From Myxococcota bacterium (GTDB taxonomy: Bacteria; Myxococcota_A; UBA796; SXON01), in contig JAZKFH010000032.1 in NCBI GenBank assembly GCA_040386535.1, positions 192,001-256,000 on the forward strand: 64,000 nucleotides of DNA, in the 5' to 3' direction. The notes under the pieces were generated by a model. That model had not been told where the DNA came from. It worked only from the letters and a program-made list of their open reading frames with translations, and ran no database searches. The position numbers and the translations under genes were made by a program. Positions 41,468 through 51,571 of this stretch are shown piece after piece (the stretch's first letter is position 1; every line of letters begins with the position of its first letter).

Positions 41468-42190
41468 ATGATCGACACGCACGCCCACCTCGACGACCCG
41501 CGGTTCGACGCCGATCGTGACGCCATGATGGCGCGCGCGGCGGCCGCGGGGGTTCGTGGGGTGGTCGTGCCGGGCGTGATCGAGGCCCAGTGGCCTCGCC
41601 TGCGGGCCCAGGCCCAGCAGTACGGCTGGCGGTTCGGCGTGGGCACGCACCCGCAGTCCCTGCCGGAGAGCCGCGCGGTGCCCCAGGACCTCGACGGCGC
41701 CGATGCGATCGGGGAGTGTGGGCTCGACGGGCCGACCCCCGTGCCGATGGACGAGCAGGTGCTCGTGCTGGCCGCGCACCTCGCGCTCGCCCGCGACGCG
41801 GGCCTGCCTTTGATCCTGCACTGCTTCCGCGCGCACGACCGGATGCTCCCCCTCCTGCGCCGCTACGCCCCACTGCGCGGCGTGATGCACAGCTACTCGG
41901 GTGGCCCCGAGCTGGTAGACGCCTACGTGGCCCTCGGGCTGCACCTGTCCTTCGCGGGGCCGGTCACGTGGGACAACGCCCGCAAGCCGCTCAACGCGCT
42001 CCGCCGCGTCCGGAAGGACCGCCTGCTCGCCGAGACCGACGCCCCCGACCAGTGCCCCCGCCCCCACCGCGGCCGCTCCGAGCCCGCGTTCGTGGTGCAC
42101 GTGATCGAGGCCATGGAGCGGGTGCGGGGCGAGGCGCTGCGGGAGCAGCTGATGGAGAACGCGTGCGCGCTGGGGTGGGGGCCGCGGTAG
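41468..42190 (+). CDS. tatD: TatD family hydrolase
   Basis: IDTHAHL, GTHP, IGECGLD, ILHC, MHSYSG, ETDAP. Confidence 0.92.
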   Translation: MIDTHAHLDDPRFDADRDAMMARAAAAGVRGVVVPGVIEAQWPRLRAQAQQYGWRFGVGTHPQSLPESRAVPQDLDGADAIGECGLDGPTPVPMDEQVLVLAAHLALARDAGLPLILHCFRAHDRMLPLLRRYAPLRGVMHSYSGGPELVDAYVALGLHLSFAGPVTWDNARKPLNALRRVRKDRLLAETDAPDQCPRPHRGRSEPAFVVHVIEAMERVRGEALREQLMENACALGWGPR

Positions 42191-42347
42191 GGCCGCTGGG
42201 GGGGCGCGAGGGGGACGGAGGGCGCGCCGCGGCTCTGCGCGGTGCGGTCCGGCGGGCGCCGCGCCCGCCGACCGAGGCCAGAGGCCGAGCCCGTAGGAGA
42301 CCGACCCCGCGCCGACGCCTCGGCGGCGTGGGGTCGCGCCCGGAAAC

Positions 42348-43754
42348 CTACTCTGCTGGCTCCGGCGCTTCACACGCCGCGTTCCACTCCAGCCACGCGG
42401 ACGCCATGCCGACGGGCGTGTCGTAGACGACGAGGCCATCGGCCACGAGCGGATCGGTGGTGTCGGTGAGGAAGGCGGCGTAGGCCGCGAGGTCTTCCTG
42501 GAGCCCGGGGCCGTCGAGGTAGGCGTCCAGCTCCGCGCTGTCGGCCGTCGGGTCCCCCATGGGGGGGCCGAACCCGTCGACGTGGAGCACCCAGTACCAG
42601 GCGTTCACGTGGTCCGGGCGGGCGTGGGCGAGGACCTGCGAGAGCGTTTGTGTGGCGACGAGCGGGAAGAGGGCGTGCTCGACCTCGCGCACGTCGTGGC
42701 CGGGCAGGTAGAGGACCGGGCCCTCGGGATCGTGGAGGAGGAACGCGTCGAGATCGCCGGAGCCGACGCCGTCCGACAGGCGCCAGGGCTGGACCTGGAC
42801 GTGGGGGAGGCCGCGCTGGGTGGCGGGGTCCTTGAACGCGGTGAGGCTGGTGATGCCGGCGAGGCGCGCCGCGAGCCAGGGGGCCTCGCCGAAGCCGCCG
42901 TTCAGGTCGGACGTGAGCGCGCCGGACTCGCGCAGGGCCGTGCGCCCGTCGCGGATGGCCTGCTCCACGCCGCCCTCGCTGTCCTCGTCGTGGATGTGCA
43001 CCGACCAGCCCAGCCCCTCGGCCGAGCGCGCGGCGATCCAGCCCTCCTCCCAGAGCGCGGCGCCGCGGATGAACGTCGCGTCCGCCTGGAGGGTGAGGTG
43101 GGCCCCGTGTTCGGCGAACAGGGCCGAGAGCGCCTCGATCAAGCGCGCGCGGCGTCGCCACGTGTCCTCCCGGAGGAGGAAGTTCGGATCGTCTTCGATG
43201 TGGATGAGCATGCCGACGCGCACCGGCGCGGCGGGGCCCTCGGGAGAGGCGGCCCAGCGCTCGCCGACGACCGCGAAGTCATCGACGGTGGCGGTGCCGG
43301 GCTGCTCCAGCGTGAGGGTGACGACGATGTCGGCGCCCGCGGCCTCGATGATCACGGGGAGCTCGAACGTGCCGGAGAACCCGGGCTCGAAGCTCTCCTC
43401 GGCCAGGGTGCGGAGCGGGCCGTCGTTCGCGGTGTGGGTGACCGTGACGGTGACGGGCGTGTCGGCGAGCAAGGTTCCGCTCACGACGTGCGCGACGCCG
43501 CGGTTGAGCGCGAGCGCCAGGGTGGCGCCGCCGGGGCCGGTGACCGCGAGGCAGGGCGGCGCGCCGCAGATCGTGGACGAGGCGGTGTCGACCGTGGCGC
43601 CCCCGACGGGCTCCCAGGCGGCCGTGGCCTCGTCGACGCGGAGATCGGGCTCCAACACGGGGTCCCACGGGTCGGGCGCGAAACCCAGGCACGCGGCGTC
43701 CGGATCGGGGCCGGAGCAGGCGCCGAGGAGGGCCGCGGCGAAGACCACCCTCAC
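42348..43754 (-). CDS. Hypothetical lipoprotein, possible carbohydrate-binding plus deacetylase-like domain
   Basis: Lipobox LLGAC; HIED, VHIH and VLH His motifs; GTG overlaps the pgi stop. Confidence 0.55.
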   Translation of the reverse strand: MRVVFAAALLGACSGPDPDAACLGFAPDPWDPVLEPDLRVDEATAAWEPVGGATVDTASSTICGAPPCLAVTGPGGATLALALNRGVAHVVSGTLLADTPVTVTVTHTANDGPLRTLAEESFEPGFSGTFELPVIIEAAGADIVVTLTLEQPGTATVDDFAVVGERWAASPEGPAAPVRVGMLIHIEDDPNFLLREDTWRRRARLIEALSALFAEHGAHLTLQADATFIRGAALWEEGWIAARSAEGLGWSVHIHDEDSEGGVEQAIRDGRTALRESGALTSDLNGGFGEAPWLAARLAGITSLTAFKDPATQRGLPHVQVQPWRLSDGVGSGDLDAFLLHDPEGPVLYLPGHDVREVEHALFPLVATQTLSQVLAHARPDHVNAWYWVLHVDGFGPPMGDPTADSAELDAYLDGPGLQEDLAAYAAFLTDTTDPLVADGLVVYDTPVGMASAWLEWNAACEAPEPAE

Positions 43755-45280
43755 TCGGAGGATCGGGCGAAGCGGTCGGTCCACGGGCCGGCGCCGGGGA
43801 GGTAGCGCACGCCGCCGTTCGCGCCGAGCCGCATCAGGAGGAACCACGCCACCGACAGGTCGGTGACACCGGCGCGCTCGGCGATGACGGCGGCGGTCGC
43901 GGGGGTGTCCTCCAGCGCGGCGAGCAGGCGGGGCTTCATCGCGATGACGTCGGCCGCGGCCTTCTTGCCGGCCTCGACGCCGGGCTGGTTGTACGCGTTC
44001 ACGTTGACGCGGAGCGCGTAGAGGCCGACCGCGCGCTCGTACAGCGCCACGAGCGCGCCGATCCGGAACGCGTCGACCTGCGAGAGCAGGATGGTGAGCG
44101 ACGGATGGCCGCCCTCGGTCAAGGCCTTGCGCGTGCCGAGCAGGAACCCCTGGAGGTAGTCCCCCGCGTCGAGCCCGGGATCGACCTCGACGCCGCCGTG
44201 GTAGCCGTCGTCCAGGACGCCCACGAAGGTGGCGAAGTAGTCGTCCGGCCCCTCGCGGAGCTGCTGGACGTACGCGTGCTGGTCGGTCGAGCCCTTGTTG
44301 CCGTACACCGTGAGGCCCTGGTGCACGATGTTGCCCTGGAGATCCTTCTCCTTGCCGATGGACTCCATGACGAGCTGCTGGAGGTAGCGGGAGAGCAGCA
44401 CCAGCCGGTCGCGGTAGGGCAGCATCACCATGGCGCGCGTGCCGTGCCCGCCGCCGAGGTGGTGCCAGGCGAGGGCGAGCAGCGCCGCGGGGTTCTGCGA
44501 GACACGGGGCGCGCGAGTGACCTCGTCCATGGCGGCGGCGCCGGCCAGGAACGCGTCCGCGTCGATGCCCTGGAGCCACATCGGGAAGATGCCGACGCAG
44601 CTGGCGAGGCTGGTGCGGCCGCCCACCCAGTCCCACATCGGGAGCCGGGCGCGCCAGCCCGCCGCGGCGTTCCAGAGCGCGCTCCCCTCCCCCGTGACGG
44701 CGACGGCGTGGGCCTCGAACGGGAGCTCGGCCCGCGCGTACGCGGCCTGGGTCTCGAGCAGGGCGTTGCGGGTCTCGGCGGTGCCGCCGCTCTTGGAGAT
44801 GCAGACGACCAGCGTTTCTTCGAGGTCGAGCGGGCCGAGCACGCGGCAGATGCCGTCGGGATCGGTGTTGTCGAGGAACACGACCCGCATGCGATCGTCG
44901 GGCTCGGCCAGCGCGTCGGCGACGAACTGGGGGCCGAGGGCCGAGCCGCCGATGCCGAGGACGAGGACGGTGCGGAAGTCGGACTCGCGGTGGATGCTGG
45001 CGGCGAGGGCCCGCGCGGACTCCCGCGCCGCGTCGATGACGGCGCCGAGCCCGTCGGGCGCGAGCTCGGGCGTGCGGAGCCAGTAGTGGCCGACCCGCCG
45101 ATTCTCGTCGGGGTTGGCGATCGCGCCGGCCTCGAGGTCGGCCATGGCGCGGAACGGGCCGGCGAACTCGGCCTCGGCGCCCGCGAGATCGGCCGGGGTC
45201 AAGCCGGTGGTGGTCAGATCGAGCCAGACGCCGAGCGCCACGTTCCGCCAGCCGAGGACATCCATTCGCTCGAGCGCCAT
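43751..45280 (-). CDS. pgi: Glucose-6-phosphate isomerase
   Basis: GIGGSALGP, SKSGGTAET, DWVGGRTS, QQLVMESIGK, GSTDQHAYVQ, NQPGVEAGK. Confidence 0.95.
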   Translation of the reverse strand: MALERMDVLGWRNVALGVWLDLTTTGLTPADLAGAEAEFAGPFRAMADLEAGAIANPDENRRVGHYWLRTPELAPDGLGAVIDAARESARALAASIHRESDFRTVLVLGIGGSALGPQFVADALAEPDDRMRVVFLDNTDPDGICRVLGPLDLEETLVVCISKSGGTAETRNALLETQAAYARAELPFEAHAVAVTGEGSALWNAAAGWRARLPMWDWVGGRTSLASCVGIFPMWLQGIDADAFLAGAAAMDEVTRAPRVSQNPAALLALAWHHLGGGHGTRAMVMLPYRDRLVLLSRYLQQLVMESIGKEKDLQGNIVHQGLTVYGNKGSTDQHAYVQQLREGPDDYFATFVGVLDDGYHGGVEVDPGLDAGDYLQGFLLGTRKALTEGGHPSLTILLSQVDAFRIGALVALYERAVGLYALRVNVNAYNQPGVEAGKKAAADVIAMKPRLLAALEDTPATAAVIAERAGVTDLSVAWFLLMRLGANGGVRYLPGAGPWTDRFARSSE

Positions 45281-45345
45281 CCACACCTCAGGCTCCGGAA
45301 CGTACCCCGCTGGCCGTGCCCCGGCGCGGCAGATAGCCGGCCCCC

Positions 45346-45825
45346 ATGGTTCGAAACGTATCGCTCGTCGCCCTCCTCCTCGTGCTCGGCTGCTCCACCG
45401 AGAGCCCCCCATCGGGCTCCAGCGGCAAGGCGCCCGCCGCGAAGGCCGTGGACAACGCCCGGCCGAGCTCGGTCGCGGGGATCGAGGCGGTCACCAACGC
45501 CTCAGGGCTCAAGTCGTGGGTGATCAAGCCGGGCACCGGCCCCGCGCCGGCCCGCGGGCAGACGGTGCAGGTGCACTACACGGGCTGGCTGCAGGACGGC
45601 ACCAAGTTCGACTCCAGCCTGGACAAGGGCCGCCCGTTCGACTTCGTGCTGGGCGCGGGCGAGGTGATCGCCGGGTGGGACGAGGGCGTGGCGATGATGA
45701 AGGTGGGCGAGAAGCGCCAGTTCGAGATCCCGCCCGCGCTCGGCTACGGCGAGCGCGGCGCGGGCCGCGTGATCCCGCACAACGCGACCTTGATCTTCGA
45801 CGTCGAGCTGATCGGGATCGAGTAG
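45346..45825 (+). CDS. FKBP-type peptidyl-prolyl isomerase (lipoprotein)
   Basis: VHYTGWL, FDSS, VIAGWDEG, IPPALGYG, LIFDVEL. Confidence 0.95.
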   Translation: MVRNVSLVALLLVLGCSTESPPSGSSGKAPAAKAVDNARPSSVAGIEAVTNASGLKSWVIKPGTGPAPARGQTVQVHYTGWLQDGTKFDSSLDKGRPFDFVLGAGEVIAGWDEGVAMMKVGEKRQFEIPPALGYGERGAGRVIPHNATLIFDVELIGIE

Positions 45826-45827
45826 GC

Positions 45828-47165
45828 CTACTCGCCGGGCAACAGCCGGATCCGCGCGACGCCCTTCACGTTCGCGCAGCTGTCCTTCGCCTGCCCGGTG
45901 GGGACGAGGATGCGGAAGGGGCCGCCCTGGCTCTCGGGGAGCGGTTCGCCGGGCGACCCGTCCGCGGCCGGCAGCGAGTGGACGAGGACGGTGCCGCCGA
46001 GGCCCGCGAGGGCGAACGGCGCGGTCGCCATCCCGTCGAGCGCGGAGACGATGAGCCGCGCGTCCGGGAGCGCGTCGGCGCGCGCGAGCACCGCGGAGAG
46101 CAACACGCCGACGCCGACGCGGCCGGCCACGGCGACGCCCACGTCGGGCACCTGGCTGGGGAGCGCGGCGAGCGCCTTTTGTGTGAAGTGGAGCTCGCTC
46201 CCGTCGAGATCGACGACGGTGACGCCGGGCGCGCGGGGCGCCGCCGCCTCCACAGGGAGGGCGCAGGCCTCGAAGGCGGCAGCGAACGCGTCGAGATCGG
46301 CGCTGGCGCCCACGATCACGTCGGCGCGGCCGTCGCGCCGCCACGCGGTCCCGTCGAGGTGCACCTGCCCGCCCGCCACGTCGACACGGAACCAGCCCAT
46401 GTCGCCGCCGTAGAAGAGCCCCTTGAAGCGGACGAGCCCCGGCGTGGACGTGAGCAAAGCGCGCAGCGAGTCCCAGCGCATCGTCACGTCGGGCGGGAAG
46501 CGCCACGAGCGCGCGCGGAAGCCCTCGGTGGAGGGGGTGTCGCGCGCCACGGTGTAGCGGACCGAGGGCCCCACGCCTTCGGGCCAGGCGAGGGCGTCGG
46601 CGGGCAGGACGCCGAAGGAGGTCTCGAGCACGCGTGCCGGCCCGGGCCAGAGCTGCTTGACCCGGATTCGGAAGGCGACGAGCGCCTCGGGGGTGGCGAG
46701 ATCGACGCGGTTGAGCACGAGCACGTCGGCCGCTTCGAGCTGGGTGGCGAGGAGCGCGGCGCCGGCGCTGTCGAGCGTCACGGACGGGTCTACGATGACG
46801 ATGGTGGGGCCAAGCGCGACGCGATCCTTGACGCCGCCGCGCGTGAGCATGTCCACCACGTCCTGCGGCCGGGCGAGCCCCGACGGCTCGATGAACAGCC
46901 GGTCGGGCCGCACCTCGTCGAGCACGGTCGCGACCGCTTTTGCGAGACCCGCGGGGGCCGTGCAGCACACGCAGCCGCCGGGGATGTTGGTGATGGAGAG
47001 GTCGCCTGGGAGACCCTCACTCACGAGCGCGGCGTCGATCCCGGCGTCTCCGAAGTCGTTGACGATGATCGCGGCCCGGCCGGGGTTGGCGGCCATCCAG
47101 GCCCGGACGGTGGTGGTCTTTCCGGCGCCGAGGAAGCCGGCGACGATGTGGACGGGGGTCGGCAT
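45828..47165 (-). CDS. CobW/COG0523 metallochaperone GTPase with extra C-terminal domain
   Basis: GFLGAGKTT, NDFG, GGCVCC, EPSG, RFKG. Confidence 0.88.
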   Translation of the reverse strand: MPTPVHIVAGFLGAGKTTTVRAWMAANPGRAAIIVNDFGDAGIDAALVSEGLPGDLSITNIPGGCVCCTAPAGLAKAVATVLDEVRPDRLFIEPSGLARPQDVVDMLTRGGVKDRVALGPTIVIVDPSVTLDSAGAALLATQLEAADVLVLNRVDLATPEALVAFRIRVKQLWPGPARVLETSFGVLPADALAWPEGVGPSVRYTVARDTPSTEGFRARSWRFPPDVTMRWDSLRALLTSTPGLVRFKGLFYGGDMGWFRVDVAGGQVHLDGTAWRRDGRADVIVGASADLDAFAAAFEACALPVEAAAPRAPGVTVVDLDGSELHFTQKALAALPSQVPDVGVAVAGRVGVGVLLSAVLARADALPDARLIVSALDGMATAPFALAGLGGTVLVHSLPAADGSPGEPLPESQGGPFRILVPTGQAKDSCANVKGVARIRLLPGE

Positions 47166-47228
47166 GCCGACGGTTTATCCGCGTCGGGTTGGGGGAGGAA
47201 GGCGCGGGAGAAGCAGGGAGCAGGAGGG

Positions 47229-47758
47229 GGAGAATCAGGAAGGTAGGAAGGGGCAGGAAGGCAGGAAGCCGGAGGGGAGGCAGGAAGCCGGAGGGGAGGC
47301 AGGAAGCCGGAGGGGAGGCAGGAAGGGGCAGGAAGGCAGGAAGGGGCAGGAAGGCAGGAAGCCGGAGGGGAGGCAGGAAGCCGGACGGGAGGCAGGAAGG
47401 GGCAGGAAGGCAGTAAGCCGGAGGGGAGGCAGGAAGCCGGAGGGGCAGGAAGAGAAGGACAGAAGGCAAGCACCGATTTCGGTTCCCCCTCCTGCCTTCC
47501 TTCATTCCTGCCTTCCTGTTTCTCCGGAACTCCGGAACTCCGGATGGAGGGAGTGAGAACGCCAGAAGCCAGGCAAGCAAGCACCGATTTCGGTTCCCCC
47601 TCCTGCCTTCCTTCATTCCTGCCTTCCTGCTTCTCCGGAACTCCGGAACTCCGGAACTCCGGATCGAGGGAGCGAGAACGCCAAAAGCCAGGCAAGCAAG
47701 CGCCGAGTCCGGTTCCCCCTCCTGCTGCTTTCCTCTACTCCTGCCTTCCTGATTCTCC
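47229..47758. repeat. Composite intergenic repeat: purine-rich tandem units plus three ~115-bp units, bounded by a 20-bp inverted repeat
   Basis: GCAGGAAGCCGGAGGGGAG and GCAGGAAGGG/GCAGGAAG tandems; units starting GCAAGC(A/G)CCGA at ~47466, 47577, 47696; GGAGAATCAGGAAGGTAGGA ... TCCTGCCTTCCTGATTCTCC. Confidence 0.9.
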
Positions 47759-47973
47759 GGATCCGGCCTTCCCCTGCGGTTCTGGCGGGCATCCCCGCCC
47801 CACGCCGATGCCGACGAGCACCGCGCCAGGGGGACGGAGGGCGGGCCGACTGCGTCGGGCCGGCTCGGCGCACCGGCCAGCGGCCGGCCGCGCCAGCGGA
47901 GGCGCTTGCGCCGACCCCGGAGGAGCCCGGCGGCGAGCGGAGCGAGGCGCGGCGCCCAGAGGATGCCGACGGC

Positions 47974-49092
47974 CTACGTGGCTTCGGACTCGACCCAGCG
48001 CAGGATGCGGTCGACGTCCGCCCAGCGGGACAACTTGCCCTCGGCGCCGAGCAGCGTGATGACGAGGCGGCGACCGTCGGCCGTCTGCACCATCGTCGTG
48101 AAGCAATACCGCGCGGTGTCGGTGTACCCGGTCTTCGCGCTGAGCACGTCCAGATCGGTGCGGCCGGAGAGGCGGTCGGTCGTGAAGAGGCGACGGGGCG
48201 CCTGCTTGTTGGACCGGTGCAGATCCCAGAACGGCGCGGTGGCGACGGTGGAGAGCACTGGGTGGGATGCGACGGCGACCGTGGCGCGGGCCATGTCGCG
48301 GGCGGTGGAGAGGTTCTCGTCCTCCAGGCCGGAGGGGTCGGCCCAGGTCGAGTGGTCCATGCCGAGGTCGGCGCTGACGCTGTCCATGCGGGCGATGAAC
48401 GCGTCCATGTCGAGGCCGGAGACGGTCGCGAGCGCGTACGCCGCGCGGTTGTCGGACGCGACGAGGGCGGCGCCGAGCACGTCCCATCCGCCGAGGCAAT
48501 CGCCCGTGGACAGGCGGCTCCGGGCGCCGGAGCGCGTGGGGTACTGCGCGGCCGTGACGCAGAATTCCGTGTCGAGGTTGGGCTCGGCGGACATGAGCGC
48601 GAGCGACGAGACGAGCTTGGTGAGCGACGCGACGGGGCGCACCACGTCGGCGTTCTTGTCGATGAGGGGCACGCCGGCATCAACGTCGTAGACGAACACG
48701 GAGCGCGAGCGGAGCGCCGGGCCGCGCCCGCCCACGGCCACGCCGCTCATAAGCGCTACGGTGTCGACGTCGGTGACCGCGGGGAACCACGTGGGGCGGT
48801 GCCACACGGAGCCGTCGGACAGGTCGTTGTGGACGAGCGCCGCGGGGATCGTGATCGCCGCCGGAGCGAGCAAGGCGCCGCTGACCGAGCCGAGCGCGCC
48901 GACCGAGCCGAGCGCGTTGACCGAGCCGAGGTTCAGGGAGCCGGCCTGCAGGGAGCCGGCCTGCAGGGAGCCGGGGGCGGGCAAGCGTGCGACCGGAACC
49001 GACGCGTGGAGCACGGGCGTGGCGACGTGAATGGTCAACACCGCGCCTGCGGCGACGATGGCGGTGGAGGCGAGGCGCAGGGCGAGCTTCAC
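47974..49092 (-). CDS. S11 D-alanyl-D-alanine carboxy/endopeptidase (PbpG-like)
   Basis: SLTK, SDN and KTG catalytic motifs; DPSGL. Confidence 0.9.
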   Translation of the reverse strand: MKLALRLASTAIVAAGAVLTIHVATPVLHASVPVARLPAPGSLQAGSLQAGSLNLGSVNALGSVGALGSVSGALLAPAAITIPAALVHNDLSDGSVWHRPTWFPAVTDVDTVALMSGVAVGGRGPALRSRSVFVYDVDAGVPLIDKNADVVRPVASLTKLVSSLALMSAEPNLDTEFCVTAAQYPTRSGARSRLSTGDCLGGWDVLGAALVASDNRAAYALATVSGLDMDAFIARMDSVSADLGMDHSTWADPSGLEDENLSTARDMARATVAVASHPVLSTVATAPFWDLHRSNKQAPRRLFTTDRLSGRTDLDVLSAKTGYTDTARYCFTTMVQTADGRRLVITLLGAEGKLSRWADVDRILRWVESEAT

Positions 49093-49331
49093 GGATCGGC
49101 CAAAAGGAAAGGGGGTTCGAACAGAAGAACACAGTCCATCTTGGCACGTCAATAGCCAAGCCGACCCGCGGGTCGATTTGTCGACGGGCGACGGCGGAAA
49201 GTCCTCGGGCGGAACCCCGGCTGGGGCTGGGGAGAGCGTAGCGTAGCCGGGCGCGCGGCGCTCTGTCCCCTGTCTCGCCCGTTCCCTGGCATCGGCGGAG
49301 CCCTTCCGCTACCATGGCGGCGGGAGGCCTC

Positions 49332-50867
49332 ATGCTCCAGCGACAGCTCCAGTCCCCGGTCCGACGCCGAAAGGGCGGCAGTGACACCGGCGCCCACCCC
49401 GAGGGTGGCGACCGCCAGGCGCGCCTGGGGAACGCGGCCGTGCAGGAGCGGAGCCCCGCGGGGAGCACGAGCCAGGCCCCCGAGGTCAGCAACGTCGAGG
49501 CGCAGCAGTGGGTGGCCGACGCCAACAGCTTTCCCGACGGGGAGGAGCTGCAGGAGGCCGGCGCCCAGCAGCCGATGCGGCCGACGGCGCTCAAGAAGGG
49601 CCAGACCGGCGCGCTGATCGGGACCGAGAGCACCGTCAAGCTGACGCGCAGCTCGGACGGCAAGGGCCGCGCCGCCGCGGAGGTGGCCGACGGATCGCCC
49701 GCCAAGGTGCTCCAGGTGAGCGGCAGCCGCATCAAGGTGTCGGTGCGCGACGGCGAGAAGAACGTCGAGGGCTGGGTAGACGGCGCCGTGTTCTCCGACC
49801 AGCCGACGCTCACGCGCGACGAGGACGACAACAAGCTGGCGGACGACTTCGTGTACAGCAAGGTCGAGGGCGACCACTCCCCGGTGGACCCGAAGGGCAA
49901 GGACACCGCCCAGGGCGCCGCGGGCGACTGCTTCCTCATCGCGTCGATGGCCGCCGTGGCGAACGCCTCGCCGGGCGCCATCAAGGACATGGTCAAGTAC
50001 GACGCGAAGAAGGGAACGTACACGGTGCGCTTCTACGAGGAGCAGGGCCGAGGCGCGTCCAAGCCCGTGTACATCGAGGTCGACGGCTACCTCCCCACCG
50101 AGAAGGGCAACCGCAAGGACCCCAGCTACGCGGGCGACGAGGGCGGCGTGATGTGGTCGGCCATCATCGAGAAGGCCTACGCCAAGTGGAAGGGCGGCTA
50201 CGACGTGATCGGCGAGGGCGGCACCGGCGAGGAGGCCATGGCCGAGCTGACCGGCGTGCGGTCGGTGAACAAGCGGCCGTCGAGCATGAAGGCGGACGAG
50301 GTGATCCCCTTCTTCACGCAGGCGCAGAAGGATGGGAAGGCCATCTACGCGGGCGTGAAGGACGCGGGGAAGTCGGCGGTGCAGAAGCCTTTCTCGGGCA
50401 CGGGGGACGGGCCGTTCACCGGCGCGTTGACCCACACCCACCGGTGGAACGAGATCCACCCCGGCTCGATCGAGATCACCGACACCAAGGGCGCCGCGGG
50501 CGACGTGTACGACAGCGGCAGCCACGGCGACAAGACCGGGAAGCTCTCCGGGACGGGGCTCAAGAGCGGCCTCGTGAACTACAAGGGCGACGACAAGGAC
50601 AAGCTCGAGCTGGCCTTCAGCCGGGGCAAGGGCCCGGCGGCGGCGGCGGACCTCGAGGTGGCGTTCGACTACGAGGGCGTGCTGGATGTGGCGAAGACCA
50701 TCATCGGCAACCACGCCTACGCGTTCGAGGCCGTGGTCGGCGAGGAGCTCCAGTTCTACAACCCCTGGGGCACCTACCAGCCGAAGCCGATCACGCCCGG
50801 CGAGTTCCTCACCCACTTCGACAGCTTGACGACCAACACCCCGCCGTCGACCAAGACGCAGGGTTGA
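49332..50867 (+). CDS. Calpain-like (C2) cysteine protease with SH3-like domain and disordered leader
   Basis: QGAAGDCFLIAS (Cys), IIEKAYAK, HAY (His), NPWG (Asn); GGAGG RBS before ATG 49332. Confidence 0.85.
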   Translation: MLQRQLQSPVRRRKGGSDTGAHPEGGDRQARLGNAAVQERSPAGSTSQAPEVSNVEAQQWVADANSFPDGEELQEAGAQQPMRPTALKKGQTGALIGTESTVKLTRSSDGKGRAAAEVADGSPAKVLQVSGSRIKVSVRDGEKNVEGWVDGAVFSDQPTLTRDEDDNKLADDFVYSKVEGDHSPVDPKGKDTAQGAAGDCFLIASMAAVANASPGAIKDMVKYDAKKGTYTVRFYEEQGRGASKPVYIEVDGYLPTEKGNRKDPSYAGDEGGVMWSAIIEKAYAKWKGGYDVIGEGGTGEEAMAELTGVRSVNKRPSSMKADEVIPFFTQAQKDGKAIYAGVKDAGKSAVQKPFSGTGDGPFTGALTHTHRWNEIHPGSIEITDTKGAAGDVYDSGSHGDKTGKLSGTGLKSGLVNYKGDDKDKLELAFSRGKGPAAAADLEVAFDYEGVLDVAKTIIGNHAYAFEAVVGEELQFYNPWGTYQPKPITPGEFLTHFDSLTTNTPPSTKTQG

Positions 50868-50896
50868 CTCTCCCAGATCTACCCGTGGAGGCGCCA

Positions 50897-51571
50897 ATGG
50901 CGGAGTGTACGGCCCGGATCGAAGCGGGCCAGCCGCTCGCCGAGGCGCTGGCGGCCGGTGGTGTGGTGTGTCTCGGGCCGGGCGTGCATGCCGGCCCCCT
51001 GGCGCCGACCGTGAGCGTGACCTTGCGCGGCGAGGCCGGCGCGGTGATCGACGCGAAGGGCAAGGGCCCCGTCGTGGCGGTGCAGGACGACGATCTCGTG
51101 GTGCGCATCGAGGCGCTGACGCTCCGAGGCGGCGCCGGCGAGGCCGGGGGCGGCGTGTCGTTGACCGCCTACTCCGAGGTGGTGCTGGTGGACTGCACGG
51201 TCGAGGACAACGCCTCGCGCGCGCTCGGCGCGGGGAAGGGCGGCGGGAAGAGCGGGGGCGGCGGCGTGTATGCCAACCGAGGCACCGTGCGCGTGCAGGG
51301 CGGCGAGTTTCGTCGCAATCGTGCATCGCTCGGAAGCGACCTGTTCGTGACCGGCGTGGCCGAGCTGTTCGTGGTCGGCGGGCACCTGGGCGGCGACGTG
51401 GCCGCGCGCGAGGGGGCCAAGGTGGCGATGGAGGGCGTGAAGGCCGACGGCGTGCTCGACGTCCGAGGGACGACCACCCGTGCCCCGACCGTGTCGGTGA
51501 AGGGCGGCCACCTGCGCGGTGGTGTGAAGAATGACCCGGCCCTTCCGGCCCAGGTGGAGATCCTCCCATGA
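50897..51571 (+). CDS. Right-handed beta-helix protein
   Basis: LGPGVH, AVIDAKGKG, GGGV repeats. Confidence 0.65.
   Translation: MAECTARIEAGQPLAEALAAGGVVCLGPGVHAGPLAPTVSVTLRGEAGAVIDAKGKGPVVAVQDDDLVVRIEALTLRGGAGEAGGGVSLTAYSEVVLVDCTVEDNASRALGAGKGGGKSGGGGVYANRGTVRVQGGEFRRNRASLGSDLFVTGVAELFVVGGHLGGDVAAREGAKVAMEGVKADGVLDVRGTTTRAPTVSVKGGHLRGGVKNDPALPAQVEILP

Noticed and set aside
47017..47695. ORFs across the repeat element
   Set aside because: Low-complexity translations of the tandem repeats
47466..47760. CRISPR array
   Set aside because: Inter-repeat segments are themselves near-identical rather than unique spacers, and no cas genes are present
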